From positions 126,294,001 through 126,358,000 of the forward strand of contig NC_043001.1 in assembly GCF_006345805.1 (NCBI RefSeq): a stretch of DNA of 64,000 nucleotides, read 5' to 3'. A program made the translations under genes and the position numbers. The stretch is from Octopus sinensis (lineage: Eukaryota). Numbering within the stretch: the stretch's first letter is position 1; every line of letters starts with the position of its first letter. The notes beneath the pieces are model-generated. The model saw nothing but the letters and a program-made list of their open reading frames with translations. It was not told where the DNA came from and made no database searches. Shown piece by piece: positions 50,746 to 64,000 of the stretch.

Positions 50746-51312
50746 AAGAATTAAATGGTTATGTGTATATGTGTATGTGTATGTATGTGTATGTGTGTGT
50801 ATGTGTACTTATGTGTGTGTATTTTGTATGTATGTATTTTGTATGTGTGTACATGCGTATTTATTGGCCGCTGACGGAATCGCAAGAACCTCGGACAATT
50901 TGCCTTATGTAGTTTTGTTCCTTCTCTTTATTGTGGTCAACATTACTTTTCATCTTTCCGGAATCGATGAAATATAGCACCATTCAATTAAGTCGATATA
51001 ATAGTGATATTCTTTAACTAACCCTCTTCTACGATTAAAAGGTTACGGCTAAGAAATTCCGGACGTATCTCCTTAATGTTCTAACAAGCAGCGACCTCTT
51101 ACAGTATTATTTACGAAAAGAACAAAGAGAAGAATGCAGCACAAATACTAAAATTATGGAGTTGTGGGTTGCGTTCGTCATGTGTCTGATGTAATCGATA
51201 GAAGAACATGTCGATACTTGTTTATTTTATTGTTGTAGTAAAGAGGAAAGGCGACTTGGATCTAGGGAAGACTTGAATTCATTGCATAAAATCGCGTGAT
51301 CAAGTATTACAC

Positions 51313-51359
<47 letters not shown>

Positions 51360-51939
51360 CACACACACATATATATATAAGAATAAATGGTTATGTGTAT
51401 ATGTGTATGTGTATGTATGTGTAGTGTGTGTATGGTACTTATGTGTGTGTATTTTGTATGTATGTATTTTGTATGTGTGTACATGCGTATTTATTGGCCG
51501 CTGACGGAATCGCAAGAACCTCGGACAATGCCTATGTAGTTTGTTTCCTTCTCTTTATTGTGGTCAACATTACTTTTCATCTTTCCGGAATCGATGAAAT
51601 ATAGCACCATTCAATTAAGTCGATATATATAGTGATATTCTTAACTAACCCGCTTCTACGATTAAACGGTTACGGCTAAGAAATTCCGGACGTATCTCCT
51701 TAATGTTCTAACAAGCAGCGACCTCTTACAGTATTATTTACGAAAAGAACAAGAGAAGAATGCAGCACAAATACTAAAATTATGGAGTTGTGGGTTGCGT
51801 TCGTCATGTGTCTGATGTAATCGATAGAAAACATGTCGATACTGGTTTATTTATGTTGTAGTAAAGAGGAAAGGCGACTTGGATCTAGGGAAGACTTGAA
51901 TCATTGCATAAAATCGCGTGATCAAGTATTACACCTCTA
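50746..51939. repeat. Tandem duplication of ~570 bp, probably an assembly artefact
   Basis: 50746-51317 versus 51378-51939; differences are mostly small deletions in the second copy. Confidence 0.85.
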
Positions 51940-51966
51940 CACACACACACACAACACACACACACC

Positions 51967-52013
<47 letters not shown>

Positions 52014-52534
52014 GGTGTGTGTGTGTGTGTGTCTGTGTGTGTGTGTGTGTGGAGAGAGAGAGAGAGAGAATTTAGGTTAGTTAAAATACGTTTGTGACGT
52101 ATTTCAACTGCTAAAAGGCAAATTCACTGCAGTTACCGAGAAAACATCTCTCTTATGGTAAAAAGTTGTGAAGACACCCGGTTTGTTCAGTGTCGCCATC
52201 TATCAGGAATCCCAGACATCGATGTTTTGACTTTTTAACTCTAGTCAAAGGGTTGCACCTAAGTAAGAGAGGCAACTCAGAACAAACTTATAAGGTAATA
52301 GCTTTATGTAAAATTCGGTTACCTGATGTCACTCACAATTCCTTGCGTGGCCGCGTAGCACACTAAATGTATTGTAATTGAAATAAGCGAAATAGATTTT
52401 AGTTTACAATGCTCTACAACTGTTTGCATGGCGTCCCACCAGCGAGGCACCGTTGCACGATAGGTCCAAACGATCGTATTAAATAATAATAAAAAAATCT
52501 TGGTGAATTCCATTTTCTTTCTTCATATTTTTAT

Positions 52535-52755
52535 ATGTTGCCAGCCTCCCCTGGCACCTGTGCCGGTGGCACGTATAAAGCACCCACTACACTCACAGAG
52601 TGGTTGGCGTTAGGAAGGGCATCCAGCTGTAGAAACACTGCCAGATCAGAATGGATCCTGGTGCAGCCTCCTGGCTTACCAGAACCCGGTCGAACCGTCC
52701 AACCCGTGCTAGCACGGAAAACGGAGGTTAAATGATGATGATGATGATGTATGAA
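52535..52755 (+). mobile_element. SINE-like element 3' part with (GAT)n tail
   Basis: GTGGTTGGCGTTAGGAAGGGCATCCAGCTGTAGAAAC central block; CCGTCCAACCCGTGCTAGCACGGAAAACGG-(GAT)n end. Confidence 0.75.
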
Positions 52756-53340
52756 TGTATGTATGCATGTATCTTGATCTATGTAGCTAGCTAACTCGCT
52801 ATAAGTGTGAGTGTAATGCATTTTCCTGATATTTTGCGACGCAAGCCAAAGCCATTTCATCATAATACTGTTATTGCAAATATTGGTATATAAATGTCTC
52901 ATTTACTTGCCTACAACTACAATGATTACGTCTCTGTCTGTCTTTTCGGGACTTAGGTGAACAACAACGCCAGAAAGATTAGATGACTTTGCTCCTCCTG
53001 GCAATTTAAGCTCTTTCACTGTTTGTTCCTGTTTGTTCCATGTACTATTTACTATTCATTATTGATGCAACTCATTTAGTACTGTCTTAAGACAGGGCAC
53101 ACTAGACAATTGGCTTCAGGGTTTGGATTATATGGTGCTGTTGTGTATCTAGGGATCCTAGTACATTGCTTTAGCCAGGGGCTGTTATTAAGTGTGTATG
53201 TGTGTATGTGGCTGTGATGTGTGATTTCGTATGTATGTATCTATGTATGTATAAATAAATAAATAAATATGTATATAGACATACATTTAGATGCAGATGC
53301 ATATATACATAAACATATATCTGTATGCATGCACATGAGT

Positions 53341-53372
<32 letters not shown>

Positions 53373-53624
53373 ATATATATATATCTATATCTACACACAT
53401 ATATATATGTATGCATATATATATATATATATATATATACACACGAGTTTGTGGATGTGTGTGCTTATGTGTATAACTATATTACATATATGTGTATATG
53501 TACGTATATAAATGTGTAGTCATATACAAAATGTTTTGAATATATATTTTTCCCCGCATGTACACATTCGCACGTCTGTATTCTATCCGTCCATGACCAC
53601 CATTTTGCATACAAAAATGCACAC

Positions 53625-53665
<41 letters not shown>

Positions 53666-54758
53666 CACACACACTCACACACACACACACACACGCATAA
53701 ACGCAATTACAAACATTACTATCGGAGCAAAGACATTTTCCACATACCAGAGTTCAGGATAAACAAATAAAGAACGATCTGTGGTGTGGACTGTGGGAAG
53801 CCAAACGATGAGAAACGAAATCCTTGTTTCTTGTTCCCTTTAATCATCGAGAAAGCAAAGAAGAAAGTCTGTCATTGTTGTTCTGATCATGTAACAGAGA
53901 TTCTAGAATTACTGATAGAGTAGAAAACAAAGCACCAAAGAAACATAACTAGCTTTATCCGAGCAAATCAAGAAGGGAGTTTCTACTGTATATAATTTGG
54001 ACATTCTAAATGTAGATACTGAATATTTCTCGCCAGTGTCTTGAAAATAGAGACCTTCCGAACTATAGAGAAAACCATCAAAGACGATCTATATCACAGG
54101 ATCTGAATTTTTTGTTGCTTTGGGCTGCCTTTTATTGAACTGTATTCTACAAATGCCCTTATCGTATGTTTTTTTTTTTGTGAAAAATATAAATGAAGAA
54201 AGAAAAGTAGAACCCCATGTTACTAGTGGTTTATTATCTATACTTCTTTTCACTTTCTAGTATGTGCCTCCTTTTAGATATTTCCATGGACTAATACCGT
54301 CTATGTTAAATTTGTATGGAAATAACTAAATAAGGTAAGGACTTATGCACTGAAATTATACTGGATCTGAGTGCATCAATCATGTTTTCTGCTAATTGAA
54401 AACGCAAGGATCAATCCATATTTTAATGCCTGAAAAGATTTTTTAAAAATATATTTAAAATATATAATTATTGTACCCCATTTAAATATGTTATTTCTCA
54501 GAAAACTTCCCGCTCTTCTAGCATTCCCTTGACATTTGCTGCGCCCGACTTGTGAGCTTAAAAGTGGGCGATAACGCTCAGGTTAATAACAAACAGTATT
54601 TTCAGATGTGTACCATGCATATTTTAAAATCTAAATCTAAATTTATCTTTGTCATTCCATGGAGACTGGATTTCCACCCTGTGCCATAATCAGAACACGG
54701 GTGGATTGTCAGACACTTCGTTTTGACCTGATTTGGTCTCCCCTGTTGTTCGTTGTTC

Positions 54759-54804
54759 GAACATCCGAGTTGTTCGTCTCCGCTGACGAACAACTCGGAT
54801 GTTC
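54759..54804. repeat. Perfect 20-bp-arm hairpin
   Basis: GAACATCCGAGTTGTTCGTC-TCCGCT-GACGAACAACTCGGATGTTC. Confidence 0.9.
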
Positions 54805-55401
54805 AGAGTTAAACTCATAATGCTTGTTCCCGATACTGTAATCGATAAGTATCAATTCTATTATAGATCTGAGAAAAGGCTTCTGCTTTCAACACGTCTC
54901 TTTGAAAAATTTCTTGAAGTATATATTACGGTTAGTACCATCCCACGGTTTATGCACATTGTAAATATCATCCACTCCAATATTTTAAGCTAAGGCTATT
55001 TAAAATGCGTGTACTCAGCTGTAGCCTGGCTAGCTTTCGCATATATCAGTAAATGCTTTGTTTCCGGATTTCTATATCGGAACAAGCTTTAACAGCTTAG
55101 CACAGAATGTCCGGAGAAATTGTCACCGAGAAGACTAAACAAGTGCAATCAGAATGTAGGGCGATTCATCGGCGTTTCGAGTGTCGAAGCCTTGTGTACT
55201 GTGTTTTTAACGTAGAAGACTCTTTGAAAAATTTTTCTGACAAGGTATTGAGGCTAATGCTATTCTACAATTGTACGCTCACTACAAATGCTATGTACAC
55301 ATTTAAAAAAAATCTCCGCTATTTCTAGTGCGTATACTGATTTTTTAAAATGAATCTTTGAGCTAATATCTTTTTTCTCACCACATGTATATTACAGGAT
55401 T

Positions 55402-55850
55402 AGTTTTAATATTTTTTACAAAGGCGTCGAGCTGGCAGAACCGTAAGCACGCCGCGCAAGATACTTAGCGGCACTTCGTCTGTCTTGACGTTCAGAGTTC
55501 AAATTCCGCCAATGTAGACTTTGCCTTCCATCTTTTTGGGATCGATAAAATAAGTACCAGCTGAATACAGGGGTCGACATAATCGACTTACTAGCTCCCC
55601 AGAAATTGCTGACCTTGTGTCGAGGTTGAAATCAATAGCTTCTACATTAAAGGCAGCGAGCTGGCAGAATTGTTAGCACGCCGGACAAAATGCTTCGCGG
55701 CATTTCGTCTGTCTTTATGTTCTGAGTTCAAATTCTGCTGTGGTCGACTTTAGTTTCCATAAAATAAGTACCTGTTGAGTACAGGGGTTTGATGTAATCG
55801 ACTAACCGACTTCCCCGAAATTTCTGACTTTGTGCCAAAATTGGCATCAA
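55402..55850 (+). mobile_element. Two tandem family A SINEs
   Basis: Heads near 55402 and 55650. Confidence 0.82.
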
Positions 55851-56997
55851 TATTTTCTGCATTAAATACGGTAACACGAACTTTAAATTGTCGCTTAATG
55901 TTATACAGATGTTATCTCTAATTAATTTCCCATTACTGATTACAGTGTTAAACACTTGTGTAAAATAATAGTGAAGGTATCTGGCTTAGAGGTTTGGTTG
56001 TTACACTTACGATCGCTAAATCGCGGTTTCGATTCCAGGGTTAGGCGTTGTGTTCTTGAGCAATACACTTCATTTCACGTTGCTCCCGTCCATCTTGTTG
56101 AATAACCTTGTGACGTCCTGTTCAGAGGCAAAGTTGTGATCTCAGCCATTTGCTTAATGCCGCGTTAACTGTCCCGCTGAGTCCTAGGACTCGAGATAAT
56201 GATGTGTAGGGATTGATGATATACAATATTGTATATCTACTTAGTGATTCTTTCATCACAAATACGTTGAAATATGAAAAGACTTAATAAAACCGAAACA
56301 TGTCCAGAATTATCTTCCGCACATACGAAACGATTAAAATGATATGATAAATCACAAAGCAAACGTTTGTTTTTTTTTACCACTGCACAATTATTTTAAA
56401 ATTAAATATTTGATGACCGTTATGTTTTAAGCATATCTTTTAATTAACATTAGCCTAACTATTGCAGATATTCTCAGGTGGTGTTGACTGGATAGCGAGT
56501 TGAAGGGTGTTCGGAGAGATGGTACGTTATAAAATCATTACCGCCACAATAGCAGCACCTCCATCACAAAGAGGGGTTACCGACCTGCTAGGAATAACAG
56601 CCCAATCTACCTCCTAATTAAACACCTGTCTTAAGGATCGACATATTACCTAATATAGTTTTAGATCAAACAGGATGCTAATGCTTGGAATGCCTTACGA
56701 CGAGGGTTGGCTCTAACAGAGCTGGCCTGTGGAGGGGCCTAATCATCATGACAAACAGCATTTACTACTACTACTACTACTATACTACTACTACTACTAC
56801 TACTACTGATCTTGTTTAATTCTTTCCAATTTCTAGAAGTAACTCAAATTTTTCACCAGATTAATTTTTTGAAAATGTGATTTTGGTGTAGCTTTTGCTT
56901 GCTGATGACGAAAACCACATTTATTTTTCAAGAAATTAAGAATAAAGAAGTTGCAAGCGTTTAAATTTGTTATTGTTAGCCAATCGGTAGCCTCCAA

Positions 56998-57199
56998 TTA
57001 CTCTTTTACTCTTTTACTCTTTTACGTGTTTCAGTCATGTGACTGTGGCCATGCTCGAGCACCGCCTTTAGTCGAGCAAATCGACCCCAGGACTTATTCT
57101 TTGGAAGCCTAGTACTTATTTTATCGGTTTCTTTTGCCGAACCGCTAAGTTACGGGGACGTAAACACACCAGCATCGGTTATCAAGCGATGTTGGGGGA

Positions 57200-57256
<57 letters not shown>

Positions 57257-57431
57257 TTATACTTATATACGACGGGCTTCTTCAGTTTCCGTCTACCAAA
57301 TCCACTCATAGGGCTTTAGTCGGCCCGGGGCTATAGCAGAAGACAGTTGCCCAAGGTGCCACGCAGTGGGACTGAATCCGGAACCATGTGGCTGGTAAGC
57401 AAGCTACTTACCGACAGCCACTCCTACGCCT
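56998..57431 (-). mobile_element. Family B SINE, full length
   Basis: Family motifs with internal (CA)n. Confidence 0.88.
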
Positions 57432-57490
57432 AGGTGAAAGTTTTGAAATACTTCAAAGTGGTTGGGTGCAACTACTACTACTGCTGCTGT

Positions 57491-57544
<54 letters not shown>

Positions 57545-58467
57545 CACTACTGCTGCTGCTGCTGCTACGACGATACAGGAACGGTGAGAAACACAACAGT
57601 AGTAACATCAATTACAACAACTACAAAAACAATATTACTCACTTCTTAAATTACTCGACTACACTACCACCACCACCACCACCACCATCGTCATTACCAA
57701 AACGGCCACCACCACCACCAACAACAACACCATCTACAATATCAGTAATGCAAAACTACATAACTACATAACCTATATAACCAGATATTTTAATAACATA
57801 CAGAATTTAATACAACGAAATACGTTGTTTATAAAGTCTTTTTCTTCTACCTCGAACCTTCACCCCACTAACTACTCGATCCCTGACGGATCTTTTCCTT
57901 TTGATGGACGGAATTTTCTAGTTAACTAAATAATTTGAAACTTCGTATACTGATAGAATGTGTCAAAAGAAAACATTAATTTCAATTAGCTTTTTTGAGA
58001 AACTTGTATTTTGTAAGTTTTACGTAGTTTAATTCTTCGAATTTTAACCAATCGTATTCTCTGTTTTGATCTGAAATCATTTTTGCGTCTAAACATACTG
58101 TTACTGTAACAAAACAGTTATTTTGTGACGTAGTTAATGTAAACAGCTAAATTCGTTTGAAAAGCTTGACATCGTAAACAGCTAAATTCTTTTTGAAAGT
58201 CTGAGTATATATAAAATTAGTGTTTAAATTATTTCCCATTGTTTGCATTGCTTTATAGAATTTTAAACTTATTCTTTTTGTATAAAATTATTATTCATTT
58301 TGTTTGCGTTTACGTTTGTGCATACCTTGTTATGGTTTATTGTTAGGATTAGAGCTATGGTCTAGAATTGGCATCAGACAGCGATGATGATGATGATGAT
58401 GACGATGACGACGACGACGATGACGACGATGACGATGACGACGACGACGACGACGATGATGATTATA

Positions 58468-58872
58468 TCTATATATATAAAAGTGAGGTTGTGTGGTGTC
58501 TGTCTCCTACGATTTAGATTCCTAACTACTCCCACATTTTGCGGTGCAGTTTAACCAAAAGCGGGTATCTTATAATCGTGATTCATATCGAGCCCCTCTG
58601 GGTATTAGCGCACGTCTACGATGAGTCTACGATTTAAAAAAAAAATTTACCATCATTTTTTCCCATTTTTAATGCATTTTGTTTGCTATTATATAAGGGA
58701 AGTAACTCTCTAAAAATGTCTACGATGAGTCTACGATTTAAAAACAATTTACCATCATTTTTTTCCATTTTTAATACATTTTTTTGCTATTATATAAGGG
58801 AAGTAACTCTCTAAAAATGCTTATATAGTTATTTCCCTTACAAACCCGAGCAACGCCGGGCGATACTGCTAG
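58468..58872 (+). mobile_element. Non-autonomous Helitron with an internal tandem duplication of about 105 bp
   Basis: A|TC...hairpin-CTAG|T; the TCTACGATGAGTCTACG block is repeated. Confidence 0.85.
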
Positions 58873-59399
58873 TTAGTAATAAAGTTGGATGCAGGCAAGC
58901 GATTTGCAGTAGAGAGCAATAACGTTCGGAGCGAGCAAAGAGTTGGCGGCCAGCGACAGGCAGTGCGATCGATCGAAAAGCCGTCATCTCGGCGGCGATA
59001 TCGCCCGCGAGTGTGTGTCCGGTAGCGTACGTAACACACGGACGCATCGCGTTTATGCACGCGGCTAAGGCGGCTATTGCTCTCTAATAATCGCTTGCTT
59101 TTTATTTACTTAATGCATTCTTCACTTCGGCATACTGGGCAGAGATCGCATCGCATTCATGCACGCATTAGCTGTCTATCACAGCCTTAGCTATCATAAA
59201 CAAACACAAGTTCATGTATGATATTAATCTTTCTTCTACTTCAATTATTACATGGTTTTCTCTTGTAAAAATACACACATACAGGAGAAGTAAATTATAC
59301 ATATAATACTTTAAATGTGGCTCTCGATAAACAGTCAAAGTAATTACCTGATCAACAATGGGTTTTACTGCTAGTATATATGTATACTAGCAGTATACA

Positions 59400-60600
59400 G
59401 GTGACCAAATCTGATTTTCTACCTTGCAGTTAAGCAGATTCACTGTTTTAAAAATATCACTGAAATAGAATATTTTTTTTAAACTCAGAAAGTCTTTCCA
59501 AAATTTTCTTAGCTCTATCAGCTTGTCTTGGAGTTGTAATGAGTCATCTGACTCTTGAACATGAAAAAGTGGATTAATGGCTCCCACAAATTCACTAGTC
59601 TTTCAAGGCTCAGGCCTTTTGACCCATCTTACTTCTGTTTGAAGCAATAGGGTTTTAAAATCTTCATATTCACAGAATTGCATAAAAAATCTATTATTCA
59701 CAGAGTTTGATTTGACAATGTTATTTGTATGTATGGAAGTGTTGAGTGCATTTTCCATGTGTCCTCCAATATTCTTAACAACCACATGCTGTCTGTGGAT
59801 AAATGCAACGTATATTAAAAATGTGAGGAGCAACTGATTTCATTCTAGAAACAAAGCCTTTCACTTTTCCAGTCATGGCTGCAGCTCCATCTGATGCAGT
59901 GTTGATCAAATTAGTCGATGGAATATTTTTATCATTAAAATACTGCATTACTTCATTGAATATATCTTCTCCATTAGTTGTTTCAGAAAAAACTTTTAAT
60001 GAATAACATTTCTTCCCTTATATCATCTTCAGGGATGAATCTGACATAGACCAGAAGGATAACTTGGTTATGAATTGTGCTATCATCAACCTGGATAGAA
60101 AAATTTGTCGTTTGGAGAATTTCCACAATCTTCTCCTCAACAAAATTAGACACTTCATCCTGTCCTGTCTTGTAATTGTGTTATTTGAAAGTGGAATTGT
60201 ACTCAGAGTAGATGCAGCATCTTTTCCCAGAACCTCATTTGCACAAGCTATCATAGCAGGCTTGACAAGTTTCTCACCTTAAATCTGAGGTGCTGCAACC
60301 TTGGCAATAATTTCAGAAACCAAATAACTTGGTTTGAGTGTCTTTACTTTTTCAATATTTATCTTCTTTACAAAGTCAGGTAGTTTGATTAGCTGTATTT
60401 TCTTTTTATTCTCAAAATATTCCCGACCCTTACCAACAGATGATGGATGCCTTAATTTCTGGTGCTGCTCCAGCTTAACTTTCTTCACGGAATAATTTGT
60501 CATGATGGCATTACATTCAAGATACATAGGTTTTGAGTCTACAGATACAAAACCAAACACGATAAAATCTTATTTGTATTTCTTCAGTTTTGCCGTTTTA
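59400..60600 (-). pseudogene. hAT (Buster/ZBED5-like) transposase remnant with frameshifts and stops
   Basis: YLVSEIIAK...GEKLVKPA; IPLSNNTITR; FSIQVDDST; SDGAAAMTGK; HRQHVV; LLLQTEVRW. Confidence 0.9.
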
Positions 60601-60634
60601 GCAGTTGGTTCAGATATTATTACAACTGATCTTA

Positions 60635-61010
60635 AAAAACTCTTAGATGACTGCCCACACGGAGTCATCTATGGACTCCGTGTGGGCAGTCATCTAAGAG
60701 TTTTTGTTCACCTTGATGCTGACATAAGTTCCTTGTTTTTCCTGATGAGAAGGCGGCATAATGCACCCCTTATTCCTTCGAAATTAGGAATATGCAGCCT
60801 TCGAAACATATGTCGAGAATAAAGGAATTTTGTTAAATCGTCGTTAAACTCCATTCTTTCATTTATTTGTATTAAAAAAACACACAAATTCCCACACGAA
60901 AGCACGTGATCTCTGCCCTTGGCATGTAGCTTCAACCGTGTTTTTCTGACGTGAATTTGCTACCCAGGTATCGGTTAACCGAATTATCCATACTAAGATA
61001 ATTCATTCAA
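60635..61010 (+). mobile_element. PLE-type pseudo-LTR fragment starting with a perfect 32-bp-arm foldback
   Basis: 60635-60666 is the reverse complement of 60674-60705, followed by a hammerhead. Confidence 0.65.
60737..60819 (+). ncRNA. Type I hammerhead ribozyme (CUGAUGA core, GUC triplet), fully canonical
   Basis: TTTTC-CTGATGA-GAAGGC...GCCTTC-GAAAC-ATAT-GTC^GAGAA; predicted cut after 60814. Confidence 0.88.
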
Positions 61011-61057
61011 CTACTTATATATATATATATTTATATTTATATTTATATATATATATA

Positions 61058-61345
61058 TTCGAATCCCGGACCGGGCTGCGTGTTGTGTTCTCGAGCAAGG
61101 CACTTTATTTCACGTTGCTCCAGTTCACTCAGCTGTAGAAATGAGTTGCGACGTCACAGGTGCCAAGCTGTATCTGCTGTTGCCTTTCCCTTGGATAACA
61201 CTGGTGGTGTGGAGAGGGGAGGCTGGTATGCATGGGCGACTGCTGGCCTTCCATAAACAACCTTGCCCGGACTTGTGTCTAGGAGGGTAACTTTCTAGGT
61301 GCAATCCCATGGTCATTCATGACCGAAGGGGGTCTTTACCCTTAC
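61058..61345 (+). mobile_element. tRNA-derived SINE (fourth family), 5'-truncated
   Basis: TTCGAATCCC B box; TCGAGCAAGGCACTTTATTTCACGTTGCTCCAG core. Confidence 0.75.
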
Positions 61346-61977
61346 TTACAGAGTATATTTATATGTGTGCGTGTGTTTGTGTATGCATGTATGTATATTT
61401 ATATATATAAATGTATGTATGTATGTATCTATGTGTGTATCATTGTGTATGTGTCTGTTTGAGGCAAAACTTAAATAAAATAAAAATATGTACTGGGATC
61501 GACTTGTTCGACTAAACCTTTCAATGCTGTGTCCCAGCCTGGCCACAGTCCAATGACTGTAACAAGTAAAAGATAAAAGCTAACGCTAATACAACAAAAT
61601 ATCTAAATCAATGCCAGTACTCAAAGAGACACTTAAAAAAGACACTGGCGCAAGTTGCTGCGCAGTGGGATTGAACCCGCATGGTTACAAAACTGCATAA
61701 CCCTGTCTGCGCATAAAAAGAAAGAGAAAAAATTAATGTGGTCTAAGGGTACTCAAATCACTGAAATTTGTATTAAAAATAGAATACTGCATCACCTTAA
61801 CAGAAATATGCTGTAATAGCTATTTAGAGGAATAAATATTTCAAAATTATTATGGAAAAAAAATAATGTACATTGATTGGCAGAAAAGCCGGTGGAATAG
61901 GTGAATCGATGTGACCCTAAAAAATACTCTCAAGACATCTAAAGGAATATATAATATAGTCTCTCACTCACACACTC

Positions 61978-62008
<31 letters not shown>

Positions 62009-62082
62009 CTTTCACTTTCTCTCCCTCTCTCCCTCTCTCTCTCTCTCACTCTCTTTCAGTCCGTGTTGTGTGTGCGTGTGTG

Positions 62083-62124
<42 letters not shown>

Positions 62125-62280
62125 TGTATCATATCATATCTATCTGTCTGTCTGTCTGTCAGTCTGTCTGTCTTTCTATTTATCTATCTATTATATATTC
62201 CCGGTTCCGAGTTCAGCCCTACTGATTATTCTAATGTCCCTAAACCTAAGCCCTTGAGGCAAGAAAAGAAATTATTATTA

Positions 62281-62315
<35 letters not shown>

Positions 62316-62329
62316 GGGAAAATGTCTTT

Positions 62330-62399
62330 ACAATAACTTCGGGCCGACTGAAGCCTTGTGAGTCGATTTGGATAGCGGAAACTGAAAGAAGCCCGCCAG

Positions 62400-62454
<55 letters not shown>

Positions 62455-62455
62455 G

Positions 62456-62489
<34 letters not shown>

Positions 62490-62770
62490 TGTGTGTATGT
62501 GTGTGTGTGTGAGTGTGTGTGTGCGCGTGTGTATGTGTGTGTGTGTGTGTGTGTATGTGTGTCTTTGTGTCTGTGTTTGTTACCTACCACCGCTTCAAAA
62601 CAAGCGTTGGCGTGTTTACTTCCCCGTAACCAGCGGTTAGGCAAACTTGACAGATAGCACAAGTGCTAGGTTTAAAAAAAGGAAAAGTATGTACCGACGT
62701 CGATTCGTTCGAATAAAATTCTTTAAGGTGGTGCCCCAGTATGGCTGCAGTTATATGACTGAAACAATTA
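62330..62770 (+). mobile_element. Family B SINE with an expanded internal microsatellite
   Basis: 5' and 3' halves separated by AT/ATGT/GT runs. Confidence 0.78.
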
Positions 62771-63144
62771 AATATAATGTAGATCATTTATATACATATA
62801 ATATAGATGCACATCAATATTTCATTTCAGCATGCGATGACCGTCTAATCAAGACACATCTCTTTTCCCTGTACGTTATTTTTTCTCTCCTCGTCTATTT
62901 TTTCTGTAGAAGAGCGTATGCTCGAAACATAAAGGACTTTCAACTTCTATGTTGCCTGAGCTTAAATCTAATACACTCTGTATGTTTGTTTTTTTACCTC
63001 GTTTTCGTTATATCTTATTTCTCCCCCATACATATATGCATACATACATACATACATACGTGCGTACGTGTGTGTGAGTGAATATGAGAAACAGAAAAAA
63101 TGGTAGGGATATACATATATGTATATATATATATATATATACAC

Positions 63145-63190
<46 letters not shown>

Positions 63191-64000
63191 TATTCACATA
63201 AATTAACACATATGGGGTTATGTTGAAGTTACAACGTCTAGAGTTTAGGAGCGGAAGAATCTCTAATCCCGAGGATTTTAGGCTAGCAGTTAATAAGATT
63301 CATTCACTCACAAGTACTCACACGCGCGTGCATACATACATTCATACATACATACATACATACATACATACATACATACATACATACATGCATACACACA
63401 AACACACACACACACACAAACACACACACACTTATAGACTACTTTCCATTGGGTAACGCAAAAGTAAGATGATCAGTCTTAACTCGTCGTCACATCTAAT
63501 GTGATTAGATCAGGCGAATTTTGAAGCAAACATTCCTCGAATAATGGATGTCTCTGTGTGTGTATGTGTGTTATTTGTGTGTGTGTATATGTGTCTGTAC
63601 CTGTGTACGCGTATGTGTGTGTGTCTGTGTGTGTGTGCGTGTATGATTCAGTAACCGCTTCACTGTCATCACAATGTCATGTGGAGGAGTATTAGATAAA
63701 TGCTCGTGTTACACATTATTATTACTGTTGATGTTGTTATTATTATTATTATTATTATTATATTATTATTGGTATTGTTGTTGTTGTTGTTTCCCTCATT
63801 ATTACAGAACCGTTCTGCGCTGATAATGTCAGCGGAGTCGTTTATTGTGATTTTGTAATCGCAGATCTTCTCAAATCTTCCAAACATTTAAAAAAGCAAA
63901 AATTCGTGGTAGGAAAAGAAGTGGAGTTTCTCTGTCACTCAGATATCCCGTTTAAAGTCATTAGTCTTCTAATGTCCCTAATCTGAAGCCCTGGAGGCAA

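Noticed and set aside
52319-52513. ORF starting MEFTKIFLLLFNTIVW, resembling tetraspanin TM1
   Set aside because: No donor after the W and the following residues do not fit the tetraspanin pattern
56895-56920. CTGATGACGAAAAC
   Set aside because: No room for stem II and no stem I

Overview
Repeat-saturated, AT-rich eukaryotic DNA with no host protein-coding exon that I can support, so probably intronic or intergenic. The SINE families and microsatellite load match what I recall from octopus genomes; that assignment is from memory, not a search. Contents: many tRNA-derived SINEs of at least four families; decayed non-LTR retroelements (R4/Dong-like in (TAA)n, Tx1/L1-like in (CTAT)n, CR1, three RTE-type); Penelope-like element (PLE) GIY-YIG fragments; mariner and hAT transposase remnants; MITE-like foldbacks; non-autonomous Helitrons; compound microsatellites; a 100-N gap; and a probable false duplication. 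Most long ORFs in the supplied track are microsatellite read-throughs. The main unexpected signal is a set of sequence-unrelated type I hammerhead ribozyme motifs, mostly in or next to foldback repeats and all with a self-complementary stem III. Four have canonical cores (6643-6720 +, 21090-21175 -, 36310-36373 -, 60737-60819 +). Three loci show apparent compensatory changes at the 3-8 core pair: U3-A8 at 775-815 + and 27637-27680 -, and G3-C8 with an extra nucleotide at 25481-25588. All folds were read by eye and none has been tested for activity.
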